From assembly GCA_028282505.1 (NCBI GenBank), contig JANQHV010000129.1, positions 1-62,506 on the forward strand: a stretch of DNA of 62,506 nt, in the 5' to 3' direction. Under the pieces are notes generated by a model that was given only the letters and a program-made list of their open reading frames with translations, was not told the DNA's origin and made no database searches. A program made the translations under genes and the position numbers. Each line of letters opens with the position of its first letter. Position 1 is the stretch's first letter. Origin of the DNA: SAR324 cluster bacterium. GTDB lineage: Bacteria; SAR324; NAC60-12. This document shows positions 19,106 to 28,570 of this stretch, piece after piece.

Positions 19106-21451
19106 TTACTTGTGAAAATGAAACGAAGTATAAAGGTCCTCTGTCAGTTGATCAGGCGGTGTTAATTGAGGTTCCATCCCAAAAATCTGCCGACGGAGCT
19201 TAAAACGCGCCACTAATTGTTTCAGATTCTGAGCCTGCCCGGTGAGTTCCTCACTGGCCGAAGAGGCTTCTTCAGAGATTTGAGCATTTTGCTGAGTGAT
19301 CTGGTTGAGCTGGCTCAACCCATCATTGATTCCCAGGATGCCACGGGCCTGTTCATTACTGGCAGTCGCAATTTCACTAACCAAGTCTGTCACTTGGACA
19401 GAACCTTCGACAATCTTTTTCAAGGAGACCGCCGTTTCATCTGCGATTTCGGCACCTGCCTCCACTTTTTTAATAGACTCATTGATATTAGCTGCAGTTT
19501 CTCGGACAGCTTCCGCACTATTTTGTGCCAGATTACGAACTTCTTCCGCGACCACCGCAAAGCCTTTTCCATGAACACCGGCTCGTGCAGCTTCCACTGC
19601 AGCATTAATAGCCAATACATTGGTTTGAAACGCAATCACTTCAATGGTTTTGATGATTTTAGAAATATCTTTGGACGATTCATTGATCTCCTGCATGGAT
19701 TGAACCATGCGCTTCATGAGAGCGTTGCCGTCTTCTGCCTGCTGACGTGCGACACTGGCCAATTGATTGGCCTGAGTTGCGTTATCCGCATTAGAACGAG
19801 TTTGGGCTCCCATTTGCTCCATAGAAGCCGAAATTTCTTCCAGAGCAGACGCCTGGTTGGTTGCTCCATTCGAAATTGTCAGGCTGGCACTCGATAACTG
19901 TTCGGCACCACTGTTCAGCTGATTGGCAGAAGCAGCAACCTGATGCAGCACTTCATTCAAACTATCCATCATGGTTTGCTGAGCTTGTCCCAGCGTATCC
20001 TGTGTAGAGACCAAACTTGCTTCAACAGAAAGATTGCCTTCCGCAATTTCCTGCGCTAATCCTACTTTTTCTTTTAAGGATTGGAGCATTTGTTGGAGAG
20101 CTATGCCCAAAATATCTTGTCTAGAAGCTAAACTTACCTGAACATCGAGATTTCCTTTCGCAATTTCTTGAGCAAGTTCCGCTTTCATGTTCAACGCTTC
20201 CACCATTTTTTGCAGTGCATGGTAGATCCCTGTCGCTTCTCTCCCGGTGGATTTGAACTCGAGATCAGTATTGCCTTGAGCCACTTGATCGGCTACCTCT
20301 GCGATAAAGCTCGGTTCTCCTCCGATCTGTTTCATGAGTGACCGTGCGCCCAATAATCCCATCAAAATGACCAGAGTGATGATTACTCCAGAAAACATCA
20401 ACGTATATTTAATGTTTTCCTGATTTTTATTGGCAATTGCCGTGTACAGTTGCACGAGATCATTACTTAACTTTCGCAGGACATTGGATTGGATTAATAT
20501 ATTGCTGCGTGCCTGGCGGTATGGTTCTGATCCGACTTCTTCTTCCAAAAGGATTTGTACGGTTTTGGTAAGTTGAGCAAAAACCCCCTCAATTTCCACA
20601 ATCTTTGCCAGAGAAGCTTCGTCTTTAATGCCTGTTGAGGATCTTGCCTTTGACATAGCCAAGTCCACAGGATATTCTCCTCCAGATTTCATGGCAGTCA
20701 GTGTCTGAGAAAAAATAGTTTTTGCTGTATTGTACTCTCCCAGACTGGGATTCAATTCTGCTCGTCCCAAGGCAATATCTTTAGAAAAAGGAATATCAAA
20801 TCGTCGAATTCCCAACATGTCTCCCACTTCAAAAGGAGTTCCTTTGATGGCAGCATGACAGGTAGCACAGGCCTGTACAGTAGCAATATCAGCTGTATAA
20901 AATCGAACAAACAGTTCTCCATTGTTTTCAGCAGGCTCCATAAAGATTGCCTGTGGATCCTGGCTTAAAAATTTTCCTGCTTTTCTATCAGTATCATCCT
21001 GAAATCCTTTGTTGGGGTTGACAGGTGACTCTGCAAGAATATCTATCTGAAAATTGGCAAATTGCTCATTCACATTTCTGGTGAAAGTAGCAGGAAATGG
21101 AATCGCCGGACCTGTTTCCTGGTGGGGATTCATCGATACTTGAAGGCCAGCTTCTTGTGATGGACCTACGACCATACTGGTATAGGTGGCACGCATCTTG
21201 GTAATATACTCATCCATGCTGGCAATCTTCTTTTCAAGCAACTTGAATTCACTTTTAGCCATAGCATATCCCAGCGCAGACTTTCCCATAGCTTGTGATA
21301 ACATGCGCTGCCTTCCCAACACATCAATGATATCAGCATCATTTTCAGCCACCTCCATAATGCGCATCACATTGGCAAAGGCAACAAGCAATACAACAAA
21401 AATCAGGCCAAGCATGCCATAAACTTTGGACTGCAATGATAAGTTTTTCAT
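19106..21451 (-). CDS. Methyl-accepting chemotaxis protein with PilJ-like and heme-c (DUF3365-like, CxxCH) periplasmic sensor
   Basis: GRQRMLSQ (PilJ/NarX-like P-box), IPFPATF, NPNKGF, CATCH at aa 195-199, TM2, two tandem ~38-aa AQEIAxGNL modules, and the conserved MCP signalling domain ([20 protein letters not shown]). Confidence 0.9.
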   Translation of the reverse strand: MKNLSLQSKVYGMLGLIFVVLLVAFANVMRIMEVAENDADIIDVLGRQRMLSQAMGKSALGYAMAKSEFKLLEKKIASMDEYITKMRATYTSMVVGPSQEAGLQVSMNPHQETGPAIPFPATFTRNVNEQFANFQIDILAESPVNPNKGFQDDTDRKAGKFLSQDPQAIFMEPAENNGELFVRFYTADIATVQACATCHAAIKGTPFEVGDMLGIRRFDIPFSKDIALGRAELNPSLGEYNTAKTIFSQTLTAMKSGGEYPVDLAMSKARSSTGIKDEASLAKIVEIEGVFAQLTKTVQILLEEEVGSEPYRQARSNILIQSNVLRKLSNDLVQLYTAIANKNQENIKYTLMFSGVIITLVILMGLLGARSLMKQIGGEPSFIAEVADQVAQGNTDLEFKSTGREATGIYHALQKMVEALNMKAELAQEIAKGNLDVQVSLASRQDILGIALQQMLQSLKEKVGLAQEIAEGNLSVEASLVSTQDTLGQAQQTMMDSLNEVLHQVAASANQLNSGAEQLSSASLTISNGATNQASALEEISASMEQMGAQTRSNADNATQANQLASVARQQAEDGNALMKRMVQSMQEINESSKDISKIIKTIEVIAFQTNVLAINAAVEAARAGVHGKGFAVVAEEVRNLAQNSAEAVRETAANINESIKKVEAGAEIADETAVSLKKIVEGSVQVTDLVSEIATASNEQARGILGINDGLSQLNQITQQNAQISEEASSASEELTGQAQNLKQLVARFKLRRQIFGMEPQLTPPDQLTEDLYTSFHFHK

Positions 21452-21586
21452 TTTCCCCCCTGCTTAGATTAAGTAAGGTTAGCCCCACTCCCTTGAAAAG
21501 GAAGGGAAACCGTTTTTTCACAATTGGCCGAAAATATGTCCAACCCCACACAAAAACTCACGACTTTTGAGTAACAAACAACTTTC

Positions 21587-23974
21587 CTAAAAATTCCCCA
21601 TATCCTCTTTATTAAAAGAAATCAATTCTTGGGGAGTTGATGCAGCTTTTGTGTTTTCCTCCAAGGCTGCTTCCATTTCGCCATGAGGCAGCTCCGCTGT
21701 AGGCTGATAGGGCAATGTAGCCTGGTGCATGCCAAAGACTTGTTGACGAAGTTTAAAGCGTGACACCAATTGCCTGAGATTCTGAGATTGCCCCTGGAGT
21801 TCCTCACTGGCTGAGGAAGCCTCCTCAGCAATCTGAGCGTTTTGCTGGGTGATCTGATTGAGTTGAGACAATCCATCATTGATCCCTTTGATGCCCTGAG
21901 CCTGCTCATTACTGGCTGTGGCGATTTCACTGACCAAATCAGTTACTTTCACAGATCCCTCCACAATTTCTTTTAGGGCGAGAGCGGTCTCATCTGCAAT
22001 TTTAGCACCTGCTTCTACTTTTTTAATGGACTCATTGATATTGGCTGCGGTTTCCTGGGCTGCTTCCGCACTGTTTTGAGCCAGATTACGAACTTCTTCA
22101 GCGACCACGGCAAAGCCTTTTCCATGCACACCAGCTCGTGCTGCTTCCACCGCAGCATTGATGGCCAGTACATTGGTTTGAAACGCAATCACTTCAATGG
22201 TTTTGATGATTTTGGAAATATTTTCTGAGGATTCATTGATCTCTTTCATGGATTCAACCATGCGTTGCATTTGGGCATTGCCATCTTCTGCCTGTTGACG
22301 TGCAGAAACTGCCAATTGATTGGCCTGGGTTGCGTTATCAGCATTAGAGCGGGTTTGAGCACCCATCTGCTCCATGGAAGAAGCAATTTCCTCCAGAGCA
22401 GAGGCCTGATTCGTGGCTCCATTGGCAATTGTCTGACTGGACCCAGACAATTGTTCCGCACCACTGGTCAATTGATTAGCAGAAGCTGCCACCTGATGCA
22501 GTACCTCATTCAAACTATTGATCATCGACTTTTGTGCTTCTCCCAAAGTGTCCTGTGAAGAAACCAGATTCGCTTCAAGAGAAAGATTCCCTGCCGCGAT
22601 TTCCTGAGCCAATTTCACTTTTTCTTTCAGAGAATGCAGCATCTCTTGCAGAGCAATGCCCAACGTATCATCTTTAGAAGCCAATTGTACCTGGACATCG
22701 AGATTTCCTTTGGCAATCTCCTGAGCAAGTTCTATTTTGAGGTTCAAAGCCTCAACCATCTTTTGCAGTGCATTGTAAATACCCGTTGTTGATGTTTTTG
22801 AGTCCATCTGCAGGTTTGTATTGCCCAAAGCCACTTGTTGCGCAATAGCTTCGATTTTGTCAGGCTCCCCTCCAATCTGTTTCATAATGGAACGCGTGAT
22901 CAAGATAGCGATTGTTCCACCGAGCACCAAGGCTAACAAAGTCCCAAAAATAATAATATAAATAGTCCTGGATGCTGTAGTCTCCGCGGCTTGTTCTCTT
23001 TCTACCATCAAGCCTCTTTCGATGCCAACGAATTCATTCAGCTTCACACGCAGTGCATCCATGCTTGCTTTGCCGATTCCTTTTTCAATCAAAGCAGTGA
23101 TATCATCAATGGTGGTCGTATTTTGATTCATTTCTCGGCGCAGTTCAATTTCAGGAATAGCCGCTTGCTGGAGCCAGTCACTCACCAGTCCTTCAATCTT
23201 TTCCAGCCGGGCCACCTGTGGCGGATTATCACTAACTTTTTGTTTCATTTCTACGATCAATTCCTCAAATCCTTTCTTCCCTTTATGGTAGGGCTCTAGA
23301 TATTCTTCTTGGCCAGTAATCAGAAAACCCCTTTCTCCGGTTTCCATATCAACGATATGAGCCAACAAGTTTTCTGCCTGTAACAATACTTGATATGTAT
23401 GTTCCACCCAACCTACAGCCTCAGCATCCAACGTTGTAGTCTTAGCTTTTCGTTCTTCTAACAATTTTAATTCTATATTAATAAATGTTTCAAAAACCCC
23501 TCGAATGGTATCCATGATGCGTTTACCAGTTCCTTTATCGAGTAAAGCAATGATATCGGTGATGGTGACAGTATTCTTATTCATTTCTCGACGCAACTCT
23601 ATTTCGGGAATAGCTGCTTTTTGGTTCCACTCATTGGACATTTCTTCAATTTTTTCCAATCGGGCCACCTGGGCCGGATTGTCACTGACCAGCTGCTTGG
23701 TTGCCGCCATCAATTCTGCAAATTCGGTAAGTCCATTGTTATACGGTTCTAGATACTCTTCTTGGCCAGCAATTAGAAATCCGCGCTCTCCAGTTTCTTT
23801 ATCCACCATCAACGCCATCAGCCGATTGCCATTAGCCATGACCTTCTGGGTGTGATTAACCCAGCTTGCTGTATCAATCAACGAGTTAATGCTGTTATAG
23901 ACGATGCCCCCAATGACAACCATCAATCCTAATACGATTGCGTTTCCTAAAATCATTTTTGTTCCAAATTTCAT
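21587..23974 (-). CDS. Methyl-accepting chemotaxis protein with tandem CHASE3 sensor domains
   Basis: Two copies of W(V)xHTxxV...ETGERGFLI(A/T)GQEEYLEPY...VSDNPxQVARLEKIE, then TM2, two AQEIAxGNL modules and the MCP signalling domain. ATG 23974 is preceded by GAGG. Confidence 0.9.
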   Translation of the reverse strand: MKFGTKMILGNAIVLGLMVVIGGIVYNSINSLIDTASWVNHTQKVMANGNRLMALMVDKETGERGFLIAGQEEYLEPYNNGLTEFAELMAATKQLVSDNPAQVARLEKIEEMSNEWNQKAAIPEIELRREMNKNTVTITDIIALLDKGTGKRIMDTIRGVFETFINIELKLLEERKAKTTTLDAEAVGWVEHTYQVLLQAENLLAHIVDMETGERGFLITGQEEYLEPYHKGKKGFEELIVEMKQKVSDNPPQVARLEKIEGLVSDWLQQAAIPEIELRREMNQNTTTIDDITALIEKGIGKASMDALRVKLNEFVGIERGLMVEREQAAETTASRTIYIIIFGTLLALVLGGTIAILITRSIMKQIGGEPDKIEAIAQQVALGNTNLQMDSKTSTTGIYNALQKMVEALNLKIELAQEIAKGNLDVQVQLASKDDTLGIALQEMLHSLKEKVKLAQEIAAGNLSLEANLVSSQDTLGEAQKSMINSLNEVLHQVAASANQLTSGAEQLSGSSQTIANGATNQASALEEIASSMEQMGAQTRSNADNATQANQLAVSARQQAEDGNAQMQRMVESMKEINESSENISKIIKTIEVIAFQTNVLAINAAVEAARAGVHGKGFAVVAEEVRNLAQNSAEAAQETAANINESIKKVEAGAKIADETALALKEIVEGSVKVTDLVSEIATASNEQAQGIKGINDGLSQLNQITQQNAQIAEEASSASEELQGQSQNLRQLVSRFKLRQQVFGMHQATLPYQPTAELPHGEMEAALEENTKAASTPQELISFNKEDMGNF

Positions 23975-24050
23975 TTCTACCTCTAACAAATAAATTCAAC
24001 AATAATGCAGTGTCTCTCGACTCAATGCAGTCATCAACATTTTATTTTTA

Positions 24051-24578
24051 TCAGGATGACGTTTGCCGCAACAAATCCAATTCTTTTTTCTGCAGCAATT
24101 CTTCAATATTGAGCAGAATGTAAACCTTATTTTTGGTCTTTCCCATTCCGGCAATAAATTGGTTTTCTGTCGAGTCATCTAATTCCGGAGAGGGGTCAAT
24201 ATCGGTCTTCGGAATACTAACTACTCCAGAAACGGTATCAACGATCAGTCCAGTAGTCACTCCCTGAATATTGACCACCACAAAACAAGAGAACTCATCG
24301 TATTCAATTTCTGGCAAAAGAAATCTTGCACGAAGATCAATGACTGGAATGATCTTGCCACGCAGGTTGATAACCCCTTTCGTATAAGCAGGCATGTGTG
24401 GAACTTCGGTAATTTCGCTGGTTGAATCGCGAATAACGACTTCCACCACAAAACGAATCTCAATTCCATAAAGGGATTTATGGAGAGGAAAGGTTAAAAA
24501 TTTTCCCTCCTGCTCATCTACTTCTTCCTCAACAAGAGAAGCATTTGAAGATGCATTTTCCACTACCTCTTCTGTCAT
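24051..24578 (-). CDS. cheW: Chemotaxis coupling protein CheW
   Basis: FLTFPL..SLYGIEI, VPHMPAYTKGVINLRGKIIPVIDLRARF, GLIVDTV. Confidence 0.9.
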   Translation of the reverse strand: MTEEVVENASSNASLVEEEVDEQEGKFLTFPLHKSLYGIEIRFVVEVVIRDSTSEITEVPHMPAYTKGVINLRGKIIPVIDLRARFLLPEIEYDEFSCFVVVNIQGVTTGLIVDTVSGVVSIPKTDIDPSPELDDSTENQFIAGMGKTKNKVYILLNIEELLQKKELDLLRQTSS

Positions 24579-24658
24579 AATCAACCCCTTTCTTTAATTT
24601 GAGTTTAGTGATAAGTTGAAATGATTTGTTTCCAAATGGTGTGCTTGCTTTTCCTGTT

Positions 24659-27199
24659 TCAATTAACCCTCTGCTCTCTATTTTGTTTTTCCTGCTTATA
24701 TGTAATCTTTTTTGCTAAACTTGCCGCATCCAGAATCAATCCAACTTTTCCACTGCCTAAAATGGTACACCCTGCCAAATGCTCCACATGGGTCATGGTT
24801 TCTGGCACACTTTTCACGACAACCTGCTGTTGACCAATCACTTCGTCTACCAAGAGACAAAATCGACGATTGGCTTGGTCGATCACTAAAACCATTCCTT
24901 CCGACAACCCATTGATATGGGATTGTAGCTGATATACCTTATCAAGACGCATGATCGGCAACAATTTTTCACGAATACGCAACATTTCTTTACCATCCAT
25001 AGTTTCTGTGATCTTTTCTGGTTCGGGTTGCAGGGTTTCCTGAATAGTGGTCGTGGGCAACACATAAAACCCCCGGCCCACCTTAACCAGCAATCCATCA
25101 ATGATGCTCAGTGTCAGAGGTATCCGCAATGTAAATGTACTGCCCTTTCCCATTGTGGAACGAACATCAACACTCCCTCGTAGTTTTTCAATGTTCTTTT
25201 TGACAACATCCATGCCAACACCACGGCCAGAAAAATCAGTAACCACTTGTGCTGTAGAAAATCCGGGTTCCAGAATCAGTTTCCAGACTTCCTCATCGGC
25301 AGGAGAAGCATCTTCGGAAATCAAGCCCCGTTCAATCGCTTTGTTGAGAATAACTTCTCGATTCATTCCTTTGCCATCATCCTGGATGATGATCCAGACT
25401 TCATTGCCAACATGTTGGGCTTCTAGTACAATTTTTCCTCCAGGAGGCTTTCCCGCACTCTGACGCTCTTCAGGAGTTTCCAAGCCATGATCCACTGCAT
25501 TGCGAATGATGTGCAGCAAAGGATCTGCAATCTGCTCTACTAATGTTTTGTCCACTTCACTTTTTTCACCAACCAGCTCCAGTTCTACCTGCTTCCCCAA
25601 TTTTTTTGAAGTGTCGTGTACCACCCGAACCATCTTACGAAACACCGAAGAAACAGGAACCATCCTCATTGACATGGCAATTTCCTGAAGCTCCCGCATG
25701 TTCCTATGAAGCTGACCGGATACTTTTTTCAAACTCTTCAATTCAGTCATCTTCATTTTCAAGGCAGGGTGCTGGGAAACCATGGTCTCTGAGATAACCA
25801 ACTCCCCTACTAGGTTGATCAATTGGTCCAATTTATCAAGGCTCACCCGGATGTCCTGTGTTTTTGGAGCAATGGCGGTTGATGCCGATTTTCTTCCTGT
25901 CTTTTTCTTCTCACTCTGTTTTTGCAGGGCTTGTTCGACATCAGAGGGTGAGGCTTTTCCCATCTGAACCAGGATATCTCCAAGGGGACTTTGCTGCTGT
26001 TGCACAGCCTCCTCGATGTCTCCAGATGTGACAGACCCCATTTCTATCAGGATATCACCCAGCTTTGTCTTTTCCGGATCCGAAGTCAATGTTGTCAATC
26101 GCCGCAAAGCTTGCTCAAAACGTTCAAGATTGAGTGATTTTTGATTAGAAAGGGCTACGACCCCTTCCCGGAGGGTATCAACTACTTCTAAAATACTCTG
26201 GATATTTGAAGCATCTAGTGGAATCTCCTCTGCCTGCATTCCTTCCAAAACTGCCTCAGCCTTGTGACTCAAATTTTCCATTGGACCTACAGCAAGGAAG
26301 CCTGAATTACCTTTGATGCTGTGGAAATTACGAAAGGCGGAATCCAGATAATCTTTGGTATCCATCTCTCCTCCCAGTTTATCCAACACCAAAAAAATGT
26401 CTTCGATTTTTTCCAACTGCTCTAGAGTGTCTGTGATAAATTGCTTCAACCGCTCTGAAGCATTGAGGATTTCTACCATCTCTCCAGAATCATTTGCTGA
26501 GGATGTGGTTTTATCAGAAGAAGCAGTTTTATCGGGCAGCGGAAACAAATCTTCCGGGGTCTGAGGTTCTGACCCTACACACTCAGTATAGTGCCGTTCT
26601 AATTCATGAACCAGAATTCCCATTTCCTGATAGAAAATCCCTTCTGCAAATGTATCCTTCGAATACTTGATCAAATTGCGCAGCAGAGCAGCACTTCGAG
26701 ACAACACCTCTGACAGTGGTATAGATCCCACTTCCTGTTCTAATGAAGAAGTAGAGAGCTCGGACTCTAGTTCTTCTGTTTGTGCCAGTTCGTCCAGGCA
26801 GTCTTCCAGTTGCCTAATAAGTTCATCTGCATCTTCTTCAAATCCCTCTTCGTGAAACTCTTCTTCTACTTGATTGAGCATTTCACTCAACAAATCACAA
26901 CTCTGAATCAATACTTCGGAATACTTGGACTCCCATCTAGTTGCATCACTGCGAAAAACCTGTAAGAGATTTTCAGCGCTATGGGTGACTTTTTGGATGG
27001 TGGTGAAATTCAAAAATCCTGCTCCCCCTTTCAAACTATGAAAAGGGCGAAACAACAAATCCATGGTTTCTTTGATTTCTTCTATATCAGACACTTCTCC
27101 CAAGTGGATCAAAGTTGGTTCCACTGACTCCAGGGTTTCCATGCTTTCTGCAACAAAATCCAGAATCACCTGCTGTTGCTCTTCACCAATTGGTTCCAT
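24659..27199 (-). CDS. cheA: Chemotaxis histidine kinase CheA with two Hpt domains and no recognisable P2
   Basis: Hpt1 FHSLKGGAGFL, Hpt2 FHSIKGNSGFL, tandem LGDIL motif (aa 379-428), P3 IRVSLDKLDQLINLVGELVI, P4 HIIRNAVDHG / DDGKGM / GRGVGMD, P5 CheW-like. Confidence 0.95.
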   Translation of the reverse strand: MEPIGEEQQQVILDFVAESMETLESVEPTLIHLGEVSDIEEIKETMDLLFRPFHSLKGGAGFLNFTTIQKVTHSAENLLQVFRSDATRWESKYSEVLIQSCDLLSEMLNQVEEEFHEEGFEEDADELIRQLEDCLDELAQTEELESELSTSSLEQEVGSIPLSEVLSRSAALLRNLIKYSKDTFAEGIFYQEMGILVHELERHYTECVGSEPQTPEDLFPLPDKTASSDKTTSSANDSGEMVEILNASERLKQFITDTLEQLEKIEDIFLVLDKLGGEMDTKDYLDSAFRNFHSIKGNSGFLAVGPMENLSHKAEAVLEGMQAEEIPLDASNIQSILEVVDTLREGVVALSNQKSLNLERFEQALRRLTTLTSDPEKTKLGDILIEMGSVTSGDIEEAVQQQQSPLGDILVQMGKASPSDVEQALQKQSEKKKTGRKSASTAIAPKTQDIRVSLDKLDQLINLVGELVISETMVSQHPALKMKMTELKSLKKVSGQLHRNMRELQEIAMSMRMVPVSSVFRKMVRVVHDTSKKLGKQVELELVGEKSEVDKTLVEQIADPLLHIIRNAVDHGLETPEERQSAGKPPGGKIVLEAQHVGNEVWIIIQDDGKGMNREVILNKAIERGLISEDASPADEEVWKLILEPGFSTAQVVTDFSGRGVGMDVVKKNIEKLRGSVDVRSTMGKGSTFTLRIPLTLSIIDGLLVKVGRGFYVLPTTTIQETLQPEPEKITETMDGKEMLRIREKLLPIMRLDKVYQLQSHINGLSEGMVLVIDQANRRFCLLVDEVIGQQQVVVKSVPETMTHVEHLAGCTILGSGKVGLILDAASLAKKITYKQEKQNREQRVN

Positions 27200-27217
27200 C
27201 TTGTCTCCAAAATTCTT

Positions 27218-27772
27218 CTATGTTCCTTGCTTTTTTTTATAATCAGCTACTTTTTTTGATAAAGAGCGAAGACTTTCTTCTCTGCTTTTTCCTGTATATC
27301 GATTCATTAATTGTTCTACCTTCTCTTGAAGCCTCTCTGCTAATTCTTCTAAGGTTATTAAATGCAAATCAGCCACACTTGTTAGAAAATAACTGATCAT
27401 TACTGTCAGAATAATCCCAACCTGTTCTGCTATTTCCTGGCTCAAATAAGATTCTGTTAGCTGCTGTTCTCGCATGAGATCCTGAATTTCTCCACAAACA
27501 AAGCGGATGATAGGAGGACCTTTGTTTTCCTTAAGAAATCGATCAATTTCTTCCAGGCGAAAGCAAATCCTTTCCAAAAGCCGCTGATATTTGATTTCTT
27601 CTTTAAAAGAATGAAATTCCTGCCATTTCCTGAGTTTCACCCAATGTTCTTCCAGGTTTTGTAATTGATAGTTCAACTCATGAGGAAGACGCTCTCCAAA
27701 CGATTTTTTTTCTAATTTTCCAAAAGCATAAGCATCTTTAGAAAAAAACATGTGTTCCGTGAATTTGCTCAT
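27218..27772 (-). CDS. Hypothetical helical protein, first gene of chemosensory cluster 1
   Basis: ORF ends 18 nt before cheA on the same strand. ATG 27772 is preceded by AGAGG. No motif recognised. The ORF-track start (27829) is a TTG. Confidence 0.5.
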   Translation of the reverse strand: MSKFTEHMFFSKDAYAFGKLEKKSFGERLPHELNYQLQNLEEHWVKLRKWQEFHSFKEEIKYQRLLERICFRLEEIDRFLKENKGPPIIRFVCGEIQDLMREQQLTESYLSQEIAEQVGIILTVMISYFLTSVADLHLITLEELAERLQEKVEQLMNRYTGKSREESLRSLSKKVADYKKKQGT

Positions 27773-27935
27773 CTCTCTGCCTCTTTCATCTCTCACCTTA
27801 TTATACAACTCAATCCTACTAAACCCCAAAATTCTAGATTTACTCTAATTCACACTGCTTATCTTACCAGACCAAACAAAAATTACTCCAAGATAATCAA
27901 TGGGCATGAGCATCTTTTCATCTATTTGATTGCAA

Positions 27936-28033
27936 TGCTCTCCGAGCTTGTCGAAGAGGACACACTGGTTTTGCTTCGACAAGCTCAACAGGCAGACAAG
28001 CTCAGCAAACAGAATGGCTGAAAATATGATCAA
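27936..28033 (+). repeat. Dispersed hairpin repeat, family 2, copy B
   Basis: Perfect 13-bp stem GAGCTTGTCGAAG / CTTCGACAAGCTC plus the tail AACAGGCAGA...ATGGCTGAAAATATGATCAA. Has a 17-nt internal duplication relative to copy A. Confidence 0.75.
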
Positions 28034-28570
28034 ATCCTAATCAATGTCGATTAATCTATGATATTTCAAAACTTGTCAATTCAGAATGTTCTACAAGTTA
28101 GGGGCTTACTCAAAAATGTTTAAATATTAACAATATTTCTCAAAAACAAGATCAAAAAAACAAAATATCAGGAATAATAAAAAATGTTTGCCAAATTGTG
28201 CCAGTGAAAACCATTTATGTACTTTAAATAGCACTGGTTTTATACTAAAGTGTACCTGCTTAAACGATAACCATCGTTGGCTATACACTCAACTCAGGGC
28301 ATAAAATTAATGTCCCTATTAAAAATCAAAACCAGACAATTGTCTAGCAATAAGAATTGTTATATAAGATTCACCTGAAAAATACTCTTAAAATAAAATC
28401 CTAAGGAGTTTTAAGCCGGGTTATGCAATTGCAGTCGGATATAAAACTGCTGATAATCAAATACAAAATCAATCCAGAAAATAAGAAAAAGCAGGAAAAA
28501 ACAGGAAAATTTTCATTTACCAACCATAGACTCCTCTTCTTGGGTTAAAGAGCTCATGCGGTTAATTTTA

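Noticed and set aside
19217-26965. Numerous antisense or alternative-frame ORFs inside the MCP and cheA genes (for example 19217-19897, 22265-22558, 25101-25463)
   Set aside because: They have low-complexity translations (Ser/Leu/Phe-rich) mirroring the Ala/Glu/Gln-rich MCP and CheA frames. They have no RBS or motifs, and the long frames carry canonical domains.
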